Origin: Deltaproteobacteria bacterium ADurb.Bin151
GTDB lineage: Bacteria > Desulfobacterota > Syntrophia > Syntrophales > Smithellaceae
Direction: 5' to 3'
DNA: 64,000 nucleotides
NCBI GenBank assembly: GCA_002070455.1
Contig: MWDG01000010.1
Coordinates: 4-64,003 of the forward strand
Part shown: positions 1-8,907 of the stretch, piece by piece
Position numbering within the stretch: position 1 is the first letter of the stretch
Layout: every line of letters starts with the position of its first letter
Made by a program: the position numbers and the translations under genes
Notes under the pieces: model-generated
The model's input: only the letters and a program-made list of their open reading frames with translations
The model's database searches: none
What the model was told of the DNA's origin: nothing

Positions 1-21
1 CCTCCATCCAGGTAACTTAGC

Positions 22-69
22 AACCGGACAGTTTATGTGCTACAAAACCGGACAAATCATTTGCTTCTT
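22..69 (+). repeat. Two imperfect tandem copies of a 24-nt unit at the left window edge
   Basis: Unit 1 is 22-45 (aaccggacagtttatgtgctacaa) and unit 2 is 46-69 (aaccggacaaatcatttgcttctt). They are 17/24 identical, including the 9-nt core AACCGGACA. The array may continue left of the window. Confidence 0.4.
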
Positions 70-88
70 ACACCGGGGAAAAGAGGTA

Positions 89-117
89 TTGACAACGATA
101 GGATTTTCCTTTAGGTT
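89..117 (+). promoter_or_regulatory. Candidate sigma70 promoter for the tol operon
   Basis: TTGACA (89-94), 17-nt spacer, TAGGTT (112-117), about 36 nt upstream of the tolQ GTG. The -10 element is weak. Confidence 0.3.
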
Positions 118-153
118 ACACGCAAATTTCAAAACATTTCCGGAGATAACAAA

Positions 154-873
154 GTGAAAGATATTGGATCTTTAGATATTGGAGGAAATTTTCACGGTTC
201 GCTTTTAGGCATGATTGCAGATGCCGGTTTTATGGTCAAATTTGTTTTGCTGATCCTGCTCATCTTTTCTATCATTTCCTGGACCATCATTTTTCTGAAA
301 TTCCGTTATTATCGAAAAATCAGGAAAGAGAACGAAGAGTTTGATTCCGACTATCAGCGCAGCAATAAACTTTCAGAGGTCGTGCCGGCAGCCAAAAAAT
401 ATCCTCACTCAACAACGGCGGAAGTCTTTCGTGTCGGTTACGCGGAATTAAGCAAAATAAACAAAGTTTCCAAAGACACAGCCCGTCCTGAAGAAATCAG
501 TCTCTCATCCATTGATAATGTACAGAGAGCACTGAACCGGGCATCCAACACGGAAATGACCAAACTTGAAAGCTCGCTGGGATTTCTGGCGACAACAGGC
601 TCTGCCAGTCCCTTCATTGGGTTATTCGGTACGGTCTGGGGAATTATGGAAACCTTCAAAGCCATTGGCGCACGTGGCTCGGCAACGCTGGCTGTTGTGG
701 CTCCCGGCATCTCGGAAGCACTGATTGCAACGGCGGCAGGCCTGGCCGCGGCAATCCCGGCTGTTATTTTCTACAATTACTTCTTAAACAAATCTAAAAC
801 GATGGTGCAGGAAATGGATAATTTTGCCGATGAATTCCTAAACATCGTCGAGCGCCATCTGATCAGTAAATAA
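154..873 (+). CDS. tolQ: Tol-Pal system protein TolQ (MotA/TolQ/ExbB proton channel)
   Basis: 239 aa with three hydrophobic helices and family motifs GLFGTVWGIM and GISEALIATAAGLAAAIPAVIFYN. GTG start lies 8 nt after GGAG. First gene of the tolQRAB-pal order. Confidence 0.9.
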   Translation: MKDIGSLDIGGNFHGSLLGMIADAGFMVKFVLLILLIFSIISWTIIFLKFRYYRKIRKENEEFDSDYQRSNKLSEVVPAAKKYPHSTTAEVFRVGYAELSKINKVSKDTARPEEISLSSIDNVQRALNRASNTEMTKLESSLGFLATTGSASPFIGLFGTVWGIMETFKAIGARGSATLAVVAPGISEALIATAAGLAAAIPAVIFYNYFLNKSKTMVQEMDNFADEFLNIVERHLISK

Positions 874-894
874 ACTTTCTCAGGATAAAGCATC

Positions 895-1317
895 ATGCGG
901 CATTCACGCAGAAGAAATTCCGAAAATAAATCCATGGCGGACATCAATGTCACTCCGCTTGTTGACGTCATGCTCGTTCTTCTCATCATTTTCATGGTGA
1001 CGGCGCCGATGCTTTCCATGGGAATCGATGTCAATCTGCCGCGCGTCAAGTCAAAAACCGTAGATCTCGCAGAAGAGAAACTGATTCTGAGCATCAACGA
1101 AAACAAAGAAATTTTCCTAAATAAAACCCGGATGTCTCTGCAGGATCTCAACACAAAACTTGCCGCCATTTTTGAACAGCGGGTTGACCGCGAGATTTTC
1201 CTGCGAGCCGATAAAAATGTTTCCTATGGTTTTGTGGTTGAAGTCATGTCGGAAATACGCAAAGCGGGCGTCGACAAACTTGGAATGATCACGGAACCGC
1301 CTGAGGACATGAAATGA
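895..1317 (+). CDS. tolR: Tol-Pal system protein TolR (ExbD/TolR family)
   Basis: 140 aa with a basic N-terminus followed by the TM helix INVTPLVDVMLVLLIIFMV, typical of ExbD/TolR. Immediately follows tolQ. Confidence 0.9.
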   Translation: MRHSRRRNSENKSMADINVTPLVDVMLVLLIIFMVTAPMLSMGIDVNLPRVKSKTVDLAEEKLILSINENKEIFLNKTRMSLQDLNTKLAAIFEQRVDREIFLRADKNVSYGFVVEVMSEIRKAGVDKLGMITEPPEDMK

Positions 1318-2153
1318 CGTCCCGGCTGTTCCATAAAGGCTCATTCGGTAATACCGGCAGTCCCTACCAAATGTTTTTCGCTTCCGTTCTTCTTCACCTG
1401 ATTGCGATTGCCGCCATCATCATCACCGTGCCCGGAGCATCCAGGCAGCTGACCTTCGGTGCCCCCTATTCCGTCGCGCTCGTGGGCCCTGAAGTTCTGC
1501 AGCCGCCGCGGGGATCATCCATGCCGAAAGACATTTTTCAGCCTCCCGCTCCGGAACCTCCCGTCATTCTGAAGCGAAAACTGGAATCCCCATCAGACGT
1601 CCCGATAACTAAAAAAAAAGAGTCCTTAAAAGACACGGTTAAGGATATTATTACAGACAAAAGTAAAGATATCAGACAGTCGGATCTTCAGAAGAAAATT
1701 GATGCGATCCGCCGACAAGAGCTTTCTAAAGCGGATGTTCAGAAAAAAATCGATGCCCTGCGTCGAAAAGAACTTGCCAGAAGCGGAACAGGCGAGACGC
1801 CGGGTGTTCCTTACGGATCTGCAAGCGGTCGTATTGGTGCGGCATCATCGTCTGCCAACGCGTCAAAAATAGACGAGTATAGCCGCTTCGTATGGGCCAG
1901 AATCAAAAAGAACTGGACCTTGCCGCCCACGATGATGCCGAAAAACAACATAGAAACCATTATTGAAGTAAGAATAGCGCGGAGCGGAGCACTGGAATAC
2001 ATCGATTTTGAAAAACGTTCCGGCAACGCTTATTTTGATGAATCCGCCATGCGCGCGGTAAAGAAATCCGCCCCCTTCCCTCCGCTTGCCGGATGGATAA
2101 ACGAGGGTTTCATCGATTTTGGCATCCGGTTTCACTCCGAGGACTTTCGCTGA
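1314..2153 (+). CDS. tolA: TolA-like protein with TonB/TolA C-terminal domain
   Basis: 279 aa. ATGA overlap with the tolR stop. Has an N-terminal TM helix, a Pro-rich stretch and a Lys/Glu-rich helical linker with a 17-aa tandem repeat. The C-terminus is TonB_C-like (SGNAYFDESAMRAVKKSAPFPPL). Confidence 0.75.
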   Translation: MTSRLFHKGSFGNTGSPYQMFFASVLLHLIAIAAIIITVPGASRQLTFGAPYSVALVGPEVLQPPRGSSMPKDIFQPPAPEPPVILKRKLESPSDVPITKKKESLKDTVKDIITDKSKDIRQSDLQKKIDAIRRQELSKADVQKKIDALRRKELARSGTGETPGVPYGSASGRIGAASSSANASKIDEYSRFVWARIKKNWTLPPTMMPKNNIETIIEVRIARSGALEYIDFEKRSGNAYFDESAMRAVKKSAPFPPLAGWINEGFIDFGIRFHSEDFR

Positions 2154-2182
2154 ACAAATTCAATGATGGATGATGAATACTT

Positions 2183-3499
2183 ATGGACAAAAAAAATATT
2201 GTTAAGATATTAATCCTTTTCGTTTTCCTTGCGATCTGCGGCACCTGCAGCACCGCCCTGGCCAAAGTGTATATTGATATTGACGCACCGGGCTTTCAAC
2301 AATTCCCCATTGCGGTTTGTGATTTTCAAAATAAGAATCCGGCAACACCAACATCTTCAGGCCTTCATTCCACGATTACCGATGAAATCAAAAACTATCT
2401 CGATATGACGGGGCTCTTTAAAATCCTGGACAAAAGAAGTTTCCTCGAAGGCGTTGAACCGGGGTACCCGGAAAAAATCCGTTTTCAGGAATGGACGGCC
2501 ATCGGAGCGGATTTCCTGGTGAGGGGTGACCTGACTCAAGGAAAAGACATGCTTGCAGAGGCCCGCCTGTATGATGTTGCACGGGGTGAAATGCTTTTTA
2601 ATAAAAGATATGCAAACCCGGGCGGCGAAACAAAACCCCTTGCGCTTGCCATTGCCCGCGATATCCTGATTGCGTTGACAGGCGACGCGGGAGATTTTAA
2701 TACAAAAGTTGCTTTTATCATTAAAAGAAAATCCGGTTCTGATATTTACTCGATGAACTACGATGCATCGGGCATGAACAACTTGACAGGTCATCAGAGC
2801 ATTGTTACATCGCCCCGCTGGTCGCCGGACGGTCAATATCTTGCCTTTACATCATACAAAAACGGACGGCCACAGGTTTATCTGCGTAATTTGAAAACCG
2901 GCAGTGAAAGAACCGTTGCTTCGTTCGAGGGCCTGAATCTATGTGGATCCTTCTCGCCGGACAGTAAAAAACTTCTGCTGACGCTGAGCAAAGACGGCAA
3001 TGAAGATATTTATGTCCTGGATATCAGCACCATGCAGATCAAGCGCCTGACGAACAGCTATTCTATTGACGTTTCTCCGACCTGGTCGCCCGACGGACAA
3101 AAAATTGCATTTGTATCGAATCGCTCCGGGTCACCGCAAATCTTTGTCATGAATGCAGACGGCAGCGGTGAAAGAAGAATCACCTTTCACGGGAAATACA
3201 ATACATCTCCTTCCTGGTCTCCCCGCGGCGGTAAAATTGCGTATGAGGGTCTTGCGGGCGGGAGATATCAAATCTTCACCGTTGATGAAGGTGGCGGTAG
3301 CGTGATGCAGATGACTTCTGACAATGCAGACAATGAATATCCGTCCTGGTCCCCATCCGGCAGACAGATTGTTTTCAGTTCCCGTCAGGGCGGCAGAAGC
3401 CGTATTTGCATCATCAATGCCAACGGCATGAAAACACGGGTTCTCTTCGAGAGTGCAAACCATCTGGTCATGCCTTCCTGGTCTCCTTCATTAAAATGA
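2183..3499 (+). CDS. tolB: Tol-Pal system beta-propeller protein TolB
   Basis: 438 aa with a signal peptide, a TolB N-domain and repeated SPxWSPDG propeller blades (SPRWSPDG, SPTWSPDG, SPSWSPRG, PSWSPSG, PSWSPS). Confidence 0.95.
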   Translation: MDKKNIVKILILFVFLAICGTCSTALAKVYIDIDAPGFQQFPIAVCDFQNKNPATPTSSGLHSTITDEIKNYLDMTGLFKILDKRSFLEGVEPGYPEKIRFQEWTAIGADFLVRGDLTQGKDMLAEARLYDVARGEMLFNKRYANPGGETKPLALAIARDILIALTGDAGDFNTKVAFIIKRKSGSDIYSMNYDASGMNNLTGHQSIVTSPRWSPDGQYLAFTSYKNGRPQVYLRNLKTGSERTVASFEGLNLCGSFSPDSKKLLLTLSKDGNEDIYVLDISTMQIKRLTNSYSIDVSPTWSPDGQKIAFVSNRSGSPQIFVMNADGSGERRITFHGKYNTSPSWSPRGGKIAYEGLAGGRYQIFTVDEGGGSVMQMTSDNADNEYPSWSPSGRQIVFSSRQGGRSRICIINANGMKTRVLFESANHLVMPSWSPSLK

Positions 3500-3721
3500 T
3501 TTTTTATGGGGGTTGAATTTTTTTCATCTTTGCCGTATAGGAAACACCATGTTCATCCTGAAATTCGAAATGAAGGCTGAAAATCAGATTTGCTTGTCGC
3601 CTTATTGAAAATATCTCGTATTCAATTCAGATGCCTGTTATTTTTATTGACGAAATTCGGAAAGATATGTTTACAATAATAAATTAAATTTACTTTTTTC
3701 AAACCTTGAAAGGAGAGGATC

Positions 3722-4234
3722 ATGAAAAAATATTTAGCAGTGATTGGGATATTTCTTGTTTTTGCATTTTGTTTAACCATATTCGGTGGTTGCGCGGATA
3801 AATCAGCCGTGGTAAGGGATGATGCAGCCACAGAAGACGAAGCCGCCCGGAGGGCACGCGAACAGGCGGAGCGGGAGGCTGCCATGAGAGCGAGAGACGC
3901 GGCTCTTTTAACTCCCCAAAACATTTATTTCGACTACGATCAATCCAACATTCGTCCGGACGCACGCGACACACTCAAACACAATGCTACAATCTTTAGC
4001 CACAAAAGTGGAAAGATTGTCATTGAGGGATACTGTGATGAAAGGGGCACTGCCGAATATAACATGGCTCTCGGACAAAGACGGGCTCAGGAAGCCAAGC
4101 GATATCTGATGAACCTCGGCGTCAGCGCATCGCGCATGCAGGCCATCAGTTATGGCGAAGAAAATCCTCTGGATCCCCGAAGCACAGAAGAGGCATGGGC
4201 TAAAAACAGACGTGCGGAATTCCATTTAAAATAG
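3722..4234 (+). CDS. pal: Peptidoglycan-associated lipoprotein Pal (OmpA_C domain)
   Basis: 170 aa. Strong SD (AAGGAGAGG), lipobox FGGC, and OmpA-like motifs (YFDYDQSNIRPD, NMALGQRRAQEAKRYL, RRAEF). Confidence 0.95.
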   Translation: MKKYLAVIGIFLVFAFCLTIFGGCADKSAVVRDDAATEDEAARRAREQAEREAAMRARDAALLTPQNIYFDYDQSNIRPDARDTLKHNATIFSHKSGKIVIEGYCDERGTAEYNMALGQRRAQEAKRYLMNLGVSASRMQAISYGEENPLDPRSTEEAWAKNRRAEFHLK

Positions 4235-4250
4235 TAATGAGCTGATGAAC

Positions 4251-4275
4251 CACCTTGCAGCATGCCGGCAAGGTG
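4251..4275 (+). promoter_or_regulatory. Perfect 8-bp hairpin in the pal-cpoB spacer that covers an SD-like AAGGTG
   Basis: CACCTTGC (4251-4258) pairs with GCAAGGTG (4268-4275) around a 9-nt loop. No T-run follows, so it is not a classical terminator. Confidence 0.3.
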
Positions 4276-5164
4276 TGAAATGAACGTTATGATATCAAAG
4301 CAATTTAAGGATAAAGAACACTCATTCCGTATGAGGGGGTTAAAGGATAAAGCCTTGAAACGTTATTTGTATCTTGTATTCACGGTAATGGTGGCGTTGC
4401 TCACATCCTGCGCTACGTCCTCTGACTTGAAAAATGTCCGTACGGAAGTAAATCGGGAAGTGGAGGATAAAATTGCCGCCTTGGACATCCGCATGCGAAT
4501 GATGCAGGAAGAACAAAAACAAGCTATCGAGACGATGCGAAAAGGACAGGCCAACACCAGTGCAGACATGTCGGAGTTGCGCGAGCAGGTTCAGCAATTG
4601 CGTGGACATGTCGAGGCGATGCAAAAGGGTTCTTTCCCGGATGCGAGAGGAGACAGCACATACCATAAAAGGCTGGAGCAGCTAGAGCAGAAAATCAATT
4701 TCATCGAAAACTTTCTGGAAATCAGCAAGAAAGATTCATACGGTGGCATGGATGGTTCCGTTTTACCGCAGGATACTTCTTCCGACAAGCAGAGCAAAGC
4801 TTCACAGTATGCAGCAGCTTATCAGCTGTATAAAAAAGGCAACTACACAAAAGCCAGGGAAGCCTTTCAAAGCTTTCTGGCCACCTATCCCACAGGAGAG
4901 TATTCTGATAACGCGCAGTTCTGGATGGGTGAATGTTATTTTAATGAAAGGCAATACGAAAAAGCCATTCTTGAATATGACAATGTGACCAAAAAATTCC
5001 CCAACAGCAATAAAGTGCCTCATGCTCTTTTAAAGCAAGGCTTTTCATTTTTAAGCCTGGGCGACAAGGCAAGCGCACGTCTGCTTTTACAACAAGTCAT
5101 AAAAGATTATCCCAACACCAATCAGGCAAAGACCGCACGTGCCAAGCTTCAGCAAATCAAGTAA
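4262..5164 (+). CDS. cpoB: Tol-Pal associated TPR protein CpoB/YbgF
   Basis: N-terminal coiled coil and C-terminal TPR region (YKKGNYTKAREAFQSFLATYPTGEYSDNAQFWMGECYF) typical of YbgF. Last gene of the tol-pal cluster. Lipobox-like LLTSC. The start is ambiguous (ATG at 4262, 4280 or 4331). Confidence 0.85.
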   Translation: MPARCEMNVMISKQFKDKEHSFRMRGLKDKALKRYLYLVFTVMVALLTSCATSSDLKNVRTEVNREVEDKIAALDIRMRMMQEEQKQAIETMRKGQANTSADMSELREQVQQLRGHVEAMQKGSFPDARGDSTYHKRLEQLEQKINFIENFLEISKKDSYGGMDGSVLPQDTSSDKQSKASQYAAAYQLYKKGNYTKAREAFQSFLATYPTGEYSDNAQFWMGECYFNERQYEKAILEYDNVTKKFPNSNKVPHALLKQGFSFLSLGDKASARLLLQQVIKDYPNTNQAKTARAKLQQIK

Positions 5165-5187
5165 TCTGTACAACAAACAGCTGCATG

Positions 5188-5229
5188 AAAGGGGGCTTCA
5201 TCTCATGCCCCCTTTATTTTGCTTTTTTT
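5188..5229 (+). terminator. Rho-independent terminator after cpoB
   Basis: AAAGGGGGC (5188-5196) pairs with GCCCCCTTT (5207-5215), followed by ATTTTGCTTTTTTT. Confidence 0.7.
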
Positions 5230-5322
5230 CCGATAACGCTCCGCAAAGACACATACCACCATTCGCTGATTAGTATCAGACAGAAAATCAGCTACGTCAG
5301 GCCATCCGGACGCATGATGCAA

Positions 5323-6099
5323 TTAATCCAAATTGATTTTTTGAATACCTGCGGGAACGGACAGTTCAAAAACCGCAAAATTCGTTTCCCGGACTATTTT
5401 CAGATCCGTATATTTTACAGAAATACTTGTCAGTTGGTCTGTACGAATAACCGTTATCTTTCCAGCCAGGTTGCTTTCTGATGTGTAATCCTCATAGCTT
5501 ACTTGAAACATTTCTCTACCCTCCGGATCATGGCGGATCAGCTTTTTCACCTTACCGCTTTTGTCCATCCAGAATGTTTGCGTAAAACCCGAAGGGCTTT
5601 TCAGATCAAATCCCGTCAGGCCATCCTCATGATCGCTTGCCCGGAGAAACTCCTTCCCGCCGGAAGGGGAAAGGCTGCAGGTAAGAATCATTACAATATC
5701 CTCAACATTGAACCCCCATGGTAAAAAACGGGCCAGGTTTTCGGCAGATGGCTTCCCTGCATAAAATTCTTCCCTCGACGGAATAAATATTTGCAGATGA
5801 TCCGGTGTGGCCGCCAGATATAAATCGGGAGTACCGATCACCGGCAGTATCTCCAGTCGCAGATAGGAGGGTTTCTGCATAATCAATGCAGCCCGAACCG
5901 GATAATGTCCCTGTTCTGTCTTCAGGTCAATTTCCGCCGTAGCCACAATCCTGTCTGTTTCCTGAAGGACCGGAACCATCGTAGTTAAAGATGTTTCAGG
6001 TGGTCCAAAAGGCAAAGAGAAACGCTTCCCGGCAGCACATCCGCAGACGAGAATGAACAGGACAAATAACAGTATGACGCGTGGGGGGGGAAAACACAT
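5323..6099 (-). CDS. Outer-membrane lipoprotein, LolB/LolA-fold-like (function uncertain)
   Basis: 258 aa with signal peptide and lipobox LVCGC. Predicted beta-rich, and lies 45 nt downstream of the TPR gene. The family assignment is a recollection, not verified. Confidence 0.6.
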   Translation of the reverse strand: MCFPPPRVILLFVLFILVCGCAAGKRFSLPFGPPETSLTTMVPVLQETDRIVATAEIDLKTEQGHYPVRAALIMQKPSYLRLEILPVIGTPDLYLAATPDHLQIFIPSREEFYAGKPSAENLARFLPWGFNVEDIVMILTCSLSPSGGKEFLRASDHEDGLTGFDLKSPSGFTQTFWMDKSGKVKKLIRHDPEGREMFQVSYEDYTSESNLAGKITVIRTDQLTSISVKYTDLKIVRETNFAVFELSVPAGIQKINLD

Positions 6100-6144
6100 C
6101 TTGCAAACACTTTCAGGGGAGATGATCAGGATTCTGGTAATCCC

Positions 6145-7851
6145 TTATTTTTTATTGATCAGATTTTCCAGTTTCTCTTTCAGTTTGAGATTAGCAGGAT
6201 CTATCTTCACTGCCTTCCGGTAATACTGCAGCGCTTCCTGCTCCCGTCCGATCTTCAGATAAACATCCCCTATATGTTCATTAATATTAGGATCGTCCGG
6301 CAGCAGCTCCAGAGCCTCCTTGAGATGTTTCAGGGCGCTGTCGTATTGTTTTTTCTTGAAATGAACCCAGCCCAGAGAATCCAGGATGTATCCATTTTTC
6401 GGTTTGATCTTCAGTGCCTGAACAATCATTTGCTCTGCTTCGTCAAGGTGAATATCACGATCAGCATACGTGTAGCCGATAAAGTTTAGAGCGTCGGCAT
6501 TTTGCGGATCAATGTCCAGCACTTTTCTCATCGATTTGATGCTCTCCTCAAAGCGATCCGTTTTCTCCTGAAGCGTTCCCAGGACATAATACATATCGGT
6601 ATTGCGGGGGAAACGACTGATGCCTTCCTGGATTATTTTTTCCGCTGCGTCCATATCTTTTTTTTCTTCATGGAGGGATGACAAATACAGATACAGTGCT
6701 GCCTGATCGTCTTTCTTTTCGATGGCCCGGACGATAACTGCAATGGCGTCCTCAATTCTGCCTTCTTTCTTGCGAATCATGGCTGCAAGGACCTGGGCAT
6801 TTGCATATAATTCAAAATCAGGGGATATTTTCTGATACTCCATAAATGCGGCAGACAAATCACCCTTTTGCTCCAGCGTATTGGCCAGAAGATAGCGGAT
6901 TTTTTCATCTCCCGGCGATGATTGCAAAATCATCAAAAATTGGGCCGCCGCCGCATCAAACTGCTTCATTTCGTAATACAACAATCCCAGCATGGTTCGG
7001 ACATCCCGGTTGGCCGGATCAACCTGCAATGCTTCTTTCAACTCTTTTTCCGCCAGGGACTGCTTATTCGCTTTAACCAGCTGCTGTGCGATCTTCACAC
7101 GAAAAATGATCCTGGCAGGGTTTATCTCCAGATAAGCCCGATAAACAGCAATGGCCTCACTATATTTTTTTTCGTTTTCATAAAGAGCAGCAAGACTGAG
7201 CCAGGCCGCTTCAAACTCCGGTTTTTGCAAGGTCATTTTTTTATAAAGCGCTTCCGCCTCTGCCGGACGGTTCATTTGAGTCAATATTTTCGCATAATAA
7301 TACATCCCGATCATATTACCGGGATCCATTTTCAGGAGCTGCTGATAAACCTTACTCGCCAAATCATACTTTTTCTCCTGTGTATAAATTGTCGCCAGGA
7401 ATAGGCGGGCAACCAGGTTTTTCGGGTCAATCTCAATAATGGTCTGATACTCTTGAACCGCTTTATCGTATTTGCGTAAATTGAAATATACCCCCCCCAG
7501 GATCGACCGCAGTTCGACATTCCCTGGATTCTTAGCCAGCATGGTCTCGCCGAGCGACAGAGCATTGTCAAAATCGTGGTGTTCAGCATACAGCGAAACC
7601 AGTTCGGTATTCAGATAAATAGAATCCGGATGAATAGCGAGCGCTTTTTTCATCTGGTCGATCGCTTGCGACAGTTCATGATTCAACCGTAACAAAACAG
7701 CCAGTGAATAATGATACGCAGCCTCTTTGGAATAAACGTCATCAACGGATGTATTGGATGTCAAATGCTGCTTCAGGGGAGGCGTGCAATCACCCTGCGC
7801 CGCGGAAAAAAGAATTCCGCAGATTATGAAAATAATTAATTGTTTTTGCAT
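6145..7851 (-). CDS. Tetratricopeptide-repeat (TPR) protein, secreted
   Basis: 568 aa with a signal peptide, then more than 10 tandem 34-aa TPR units (recurrent A..Y.KAL.IDP.N pattern). Confidence 0.85.
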   Translation of the reverse strand: MQKQLIIFIICGILFSAAQGDCTPPLKQHLTSNTSVDDVYSKEAAYHYSLAVLLRLNHELSQAIDQMKKALAIHPDSIYLNTELVSLYAEHHDFDNALSLGETMLAKNPGNVELRSILGGVYFNLRKYDKAVQEYQTIIEIDPKNLVARLFLATIYTQEKKYDLASKVYQQLLKMDPGNMIGMYYYAKILTQMNRPAEAEALYKKMTLQKPEFEAAWLSLAALYENEKKYSEAIAVYRAYLEINPARIIFRVKIAQQLVKANKQSLAEKELKEALQVDPANRDVRTMLGLLYYEMKQFDAAAAQFLMILQSSPGDEKIRYLLANTLEQKGDLSAAFMEYQKISPDFELYANAQVLAAMIRKKEGRIEDAIAVIVRAIEKKDDQAALYLYLSSLHEEKKDMDAAEKIIQEGISRFPRNTDMYYVLGTLQEKTDRFEESIKSMRKVLDIDPQNADALNFIGYTYADRDIHLDEAEQMIVQALKIKPKNGYILDSLGWVHFKKKQYDSALKHLKEALELLPDDPNINEHIGDVYLKIGREQEALQYYRKAVKIDPANLKLKEKLENLINKK

Positions 7852-7882
7852 AGGTACACAGATGCTTTCAATTCAGATATCA

Positions 7883-8884
7883 TCAGGATACGCCTTGCGA
7901 AGAAGCCGTCTTGATCAGTTTTGATACGGGAATGATGGAAACACCTTTCTCCCGAAAAACTTTGCTGGCATCCCGTATCGCCCGAATTGTTTCCGGATAG
8001 GGATGGCCAATCACGATCAACGGCGCACCGCCTGCCGGTGTCTCTATCACATTCATCAGAATTTGATAGATCTTCTTATAGTCCCGATCATTATCCAGAA
8101 AGACCCTGCGCGACGCAACAGTCAAATGGACTTTTTCGGCAGCCGACCGGGTTTTAGATGAAGGGGTTGTTCGTGAATCAATAAAAAACAACCCCTCTTT
8201 CTTCAACTGCCTGAAAACCGGCGTTAGCTTTTCTTCGTCAGCCATGAATTTGGAACCCATGTGGTTGTTGACACCGGAAACATAAGGGACGCTGGCCATA
8301 TTTTTTTCCAGTTGTGACACAATTTCCGCATCATTCATCTCCGTAAAAAGAGCCCCTGCGCCGGGCTTTTCCTTCGGATAGGAAAGTGGTTCCATCGGCA
8401 GGTGCAGCAGGGTTTCACGGTTGGCTCTATGCAGGGTTTCCGCCGCTTCACGTGAATGGGGCAGAAGCGGTAAAATGGCAAAGGTAATGTCCGCGTCAAT
8501 ATTCAAAAGATCCCGCAAAGACTTCATGTCCTGGCCAATGTCGTCAATAATAATGGCAACCTGCTTGACGGTTAACCGGGGCGGCACAATCTTGGCAACA
8601 ATAATTTTTTCTTTCTTCATGTTTGGCTCGACCGCAGATTCGGACACGGAAGAGTCCCTGGTTTTTTCCTTTTCCTTTACCTCTTTGACCCGGGTCGGCG
8701 TCTGCGATTTTTCTTTGGAGACGACCTTCTGCTGCGACGATTGTTTCTTCTCCGCCGGCTGTAGACCCTTTTCTTCCCGATGAAAAAAACTCACGTACAA
8801 AATCGCGGCAACAGATGCAACGATCAAGACCGCTAAAAACGCATTCAAAATTTTTTTGTTATTTTTTTTCTTTTTCGCGGCCAC
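7883..8884 (-). CDS. Divergent polysaccharide deacetylase family protein (YibQ-like)
   Basis: 333 aa with a Lys-rich N-terminus, a TM helix and a Ser/Lys/Glu linker. The catalytic-type domain carries the GVNNHMGSKF motif. Confidence 0.75.
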   Translation of the reverse strand: MAAKKKKNNKKILNAFLAVLIVASVAAILYVSFFHREEKGLQPAEKKQSSQQKVVSKEKSQTPTRVKEVKEKEKTRDSSVSESAVEPNMKKEKIIVAKIVPPRLTVKQVAIIIDDIGQDMKSLRDLLNIDADITFAILPLLPHSREAAETLHRANRETLLHLPMEPLSYPKEKPGAGALFTEMNDAEIVSQLEKNMASVPYVSGVNNHMGSKFMADEEKLTPVFRQLKKEGLFFIDSRTTPSSKTRSAAEKVHLTVASRRVFLDNDRDYKKIYQILMNVIETPAGGAPLIVIGHPYPETIRAIRDASKVFREKGVSIIPVSKLIKTASSQGVS

Positions 8885-8907
8885 GTTTCGTTTGCCTCAA
8901 AAAAACA

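Noticed and set aside
5185-5481. 98-aa + strand ORF after cpoB
   Set aside because: It starts inside the cpoB terminator hairpin and runs antisense into the lipoprotein gene, with no SD.
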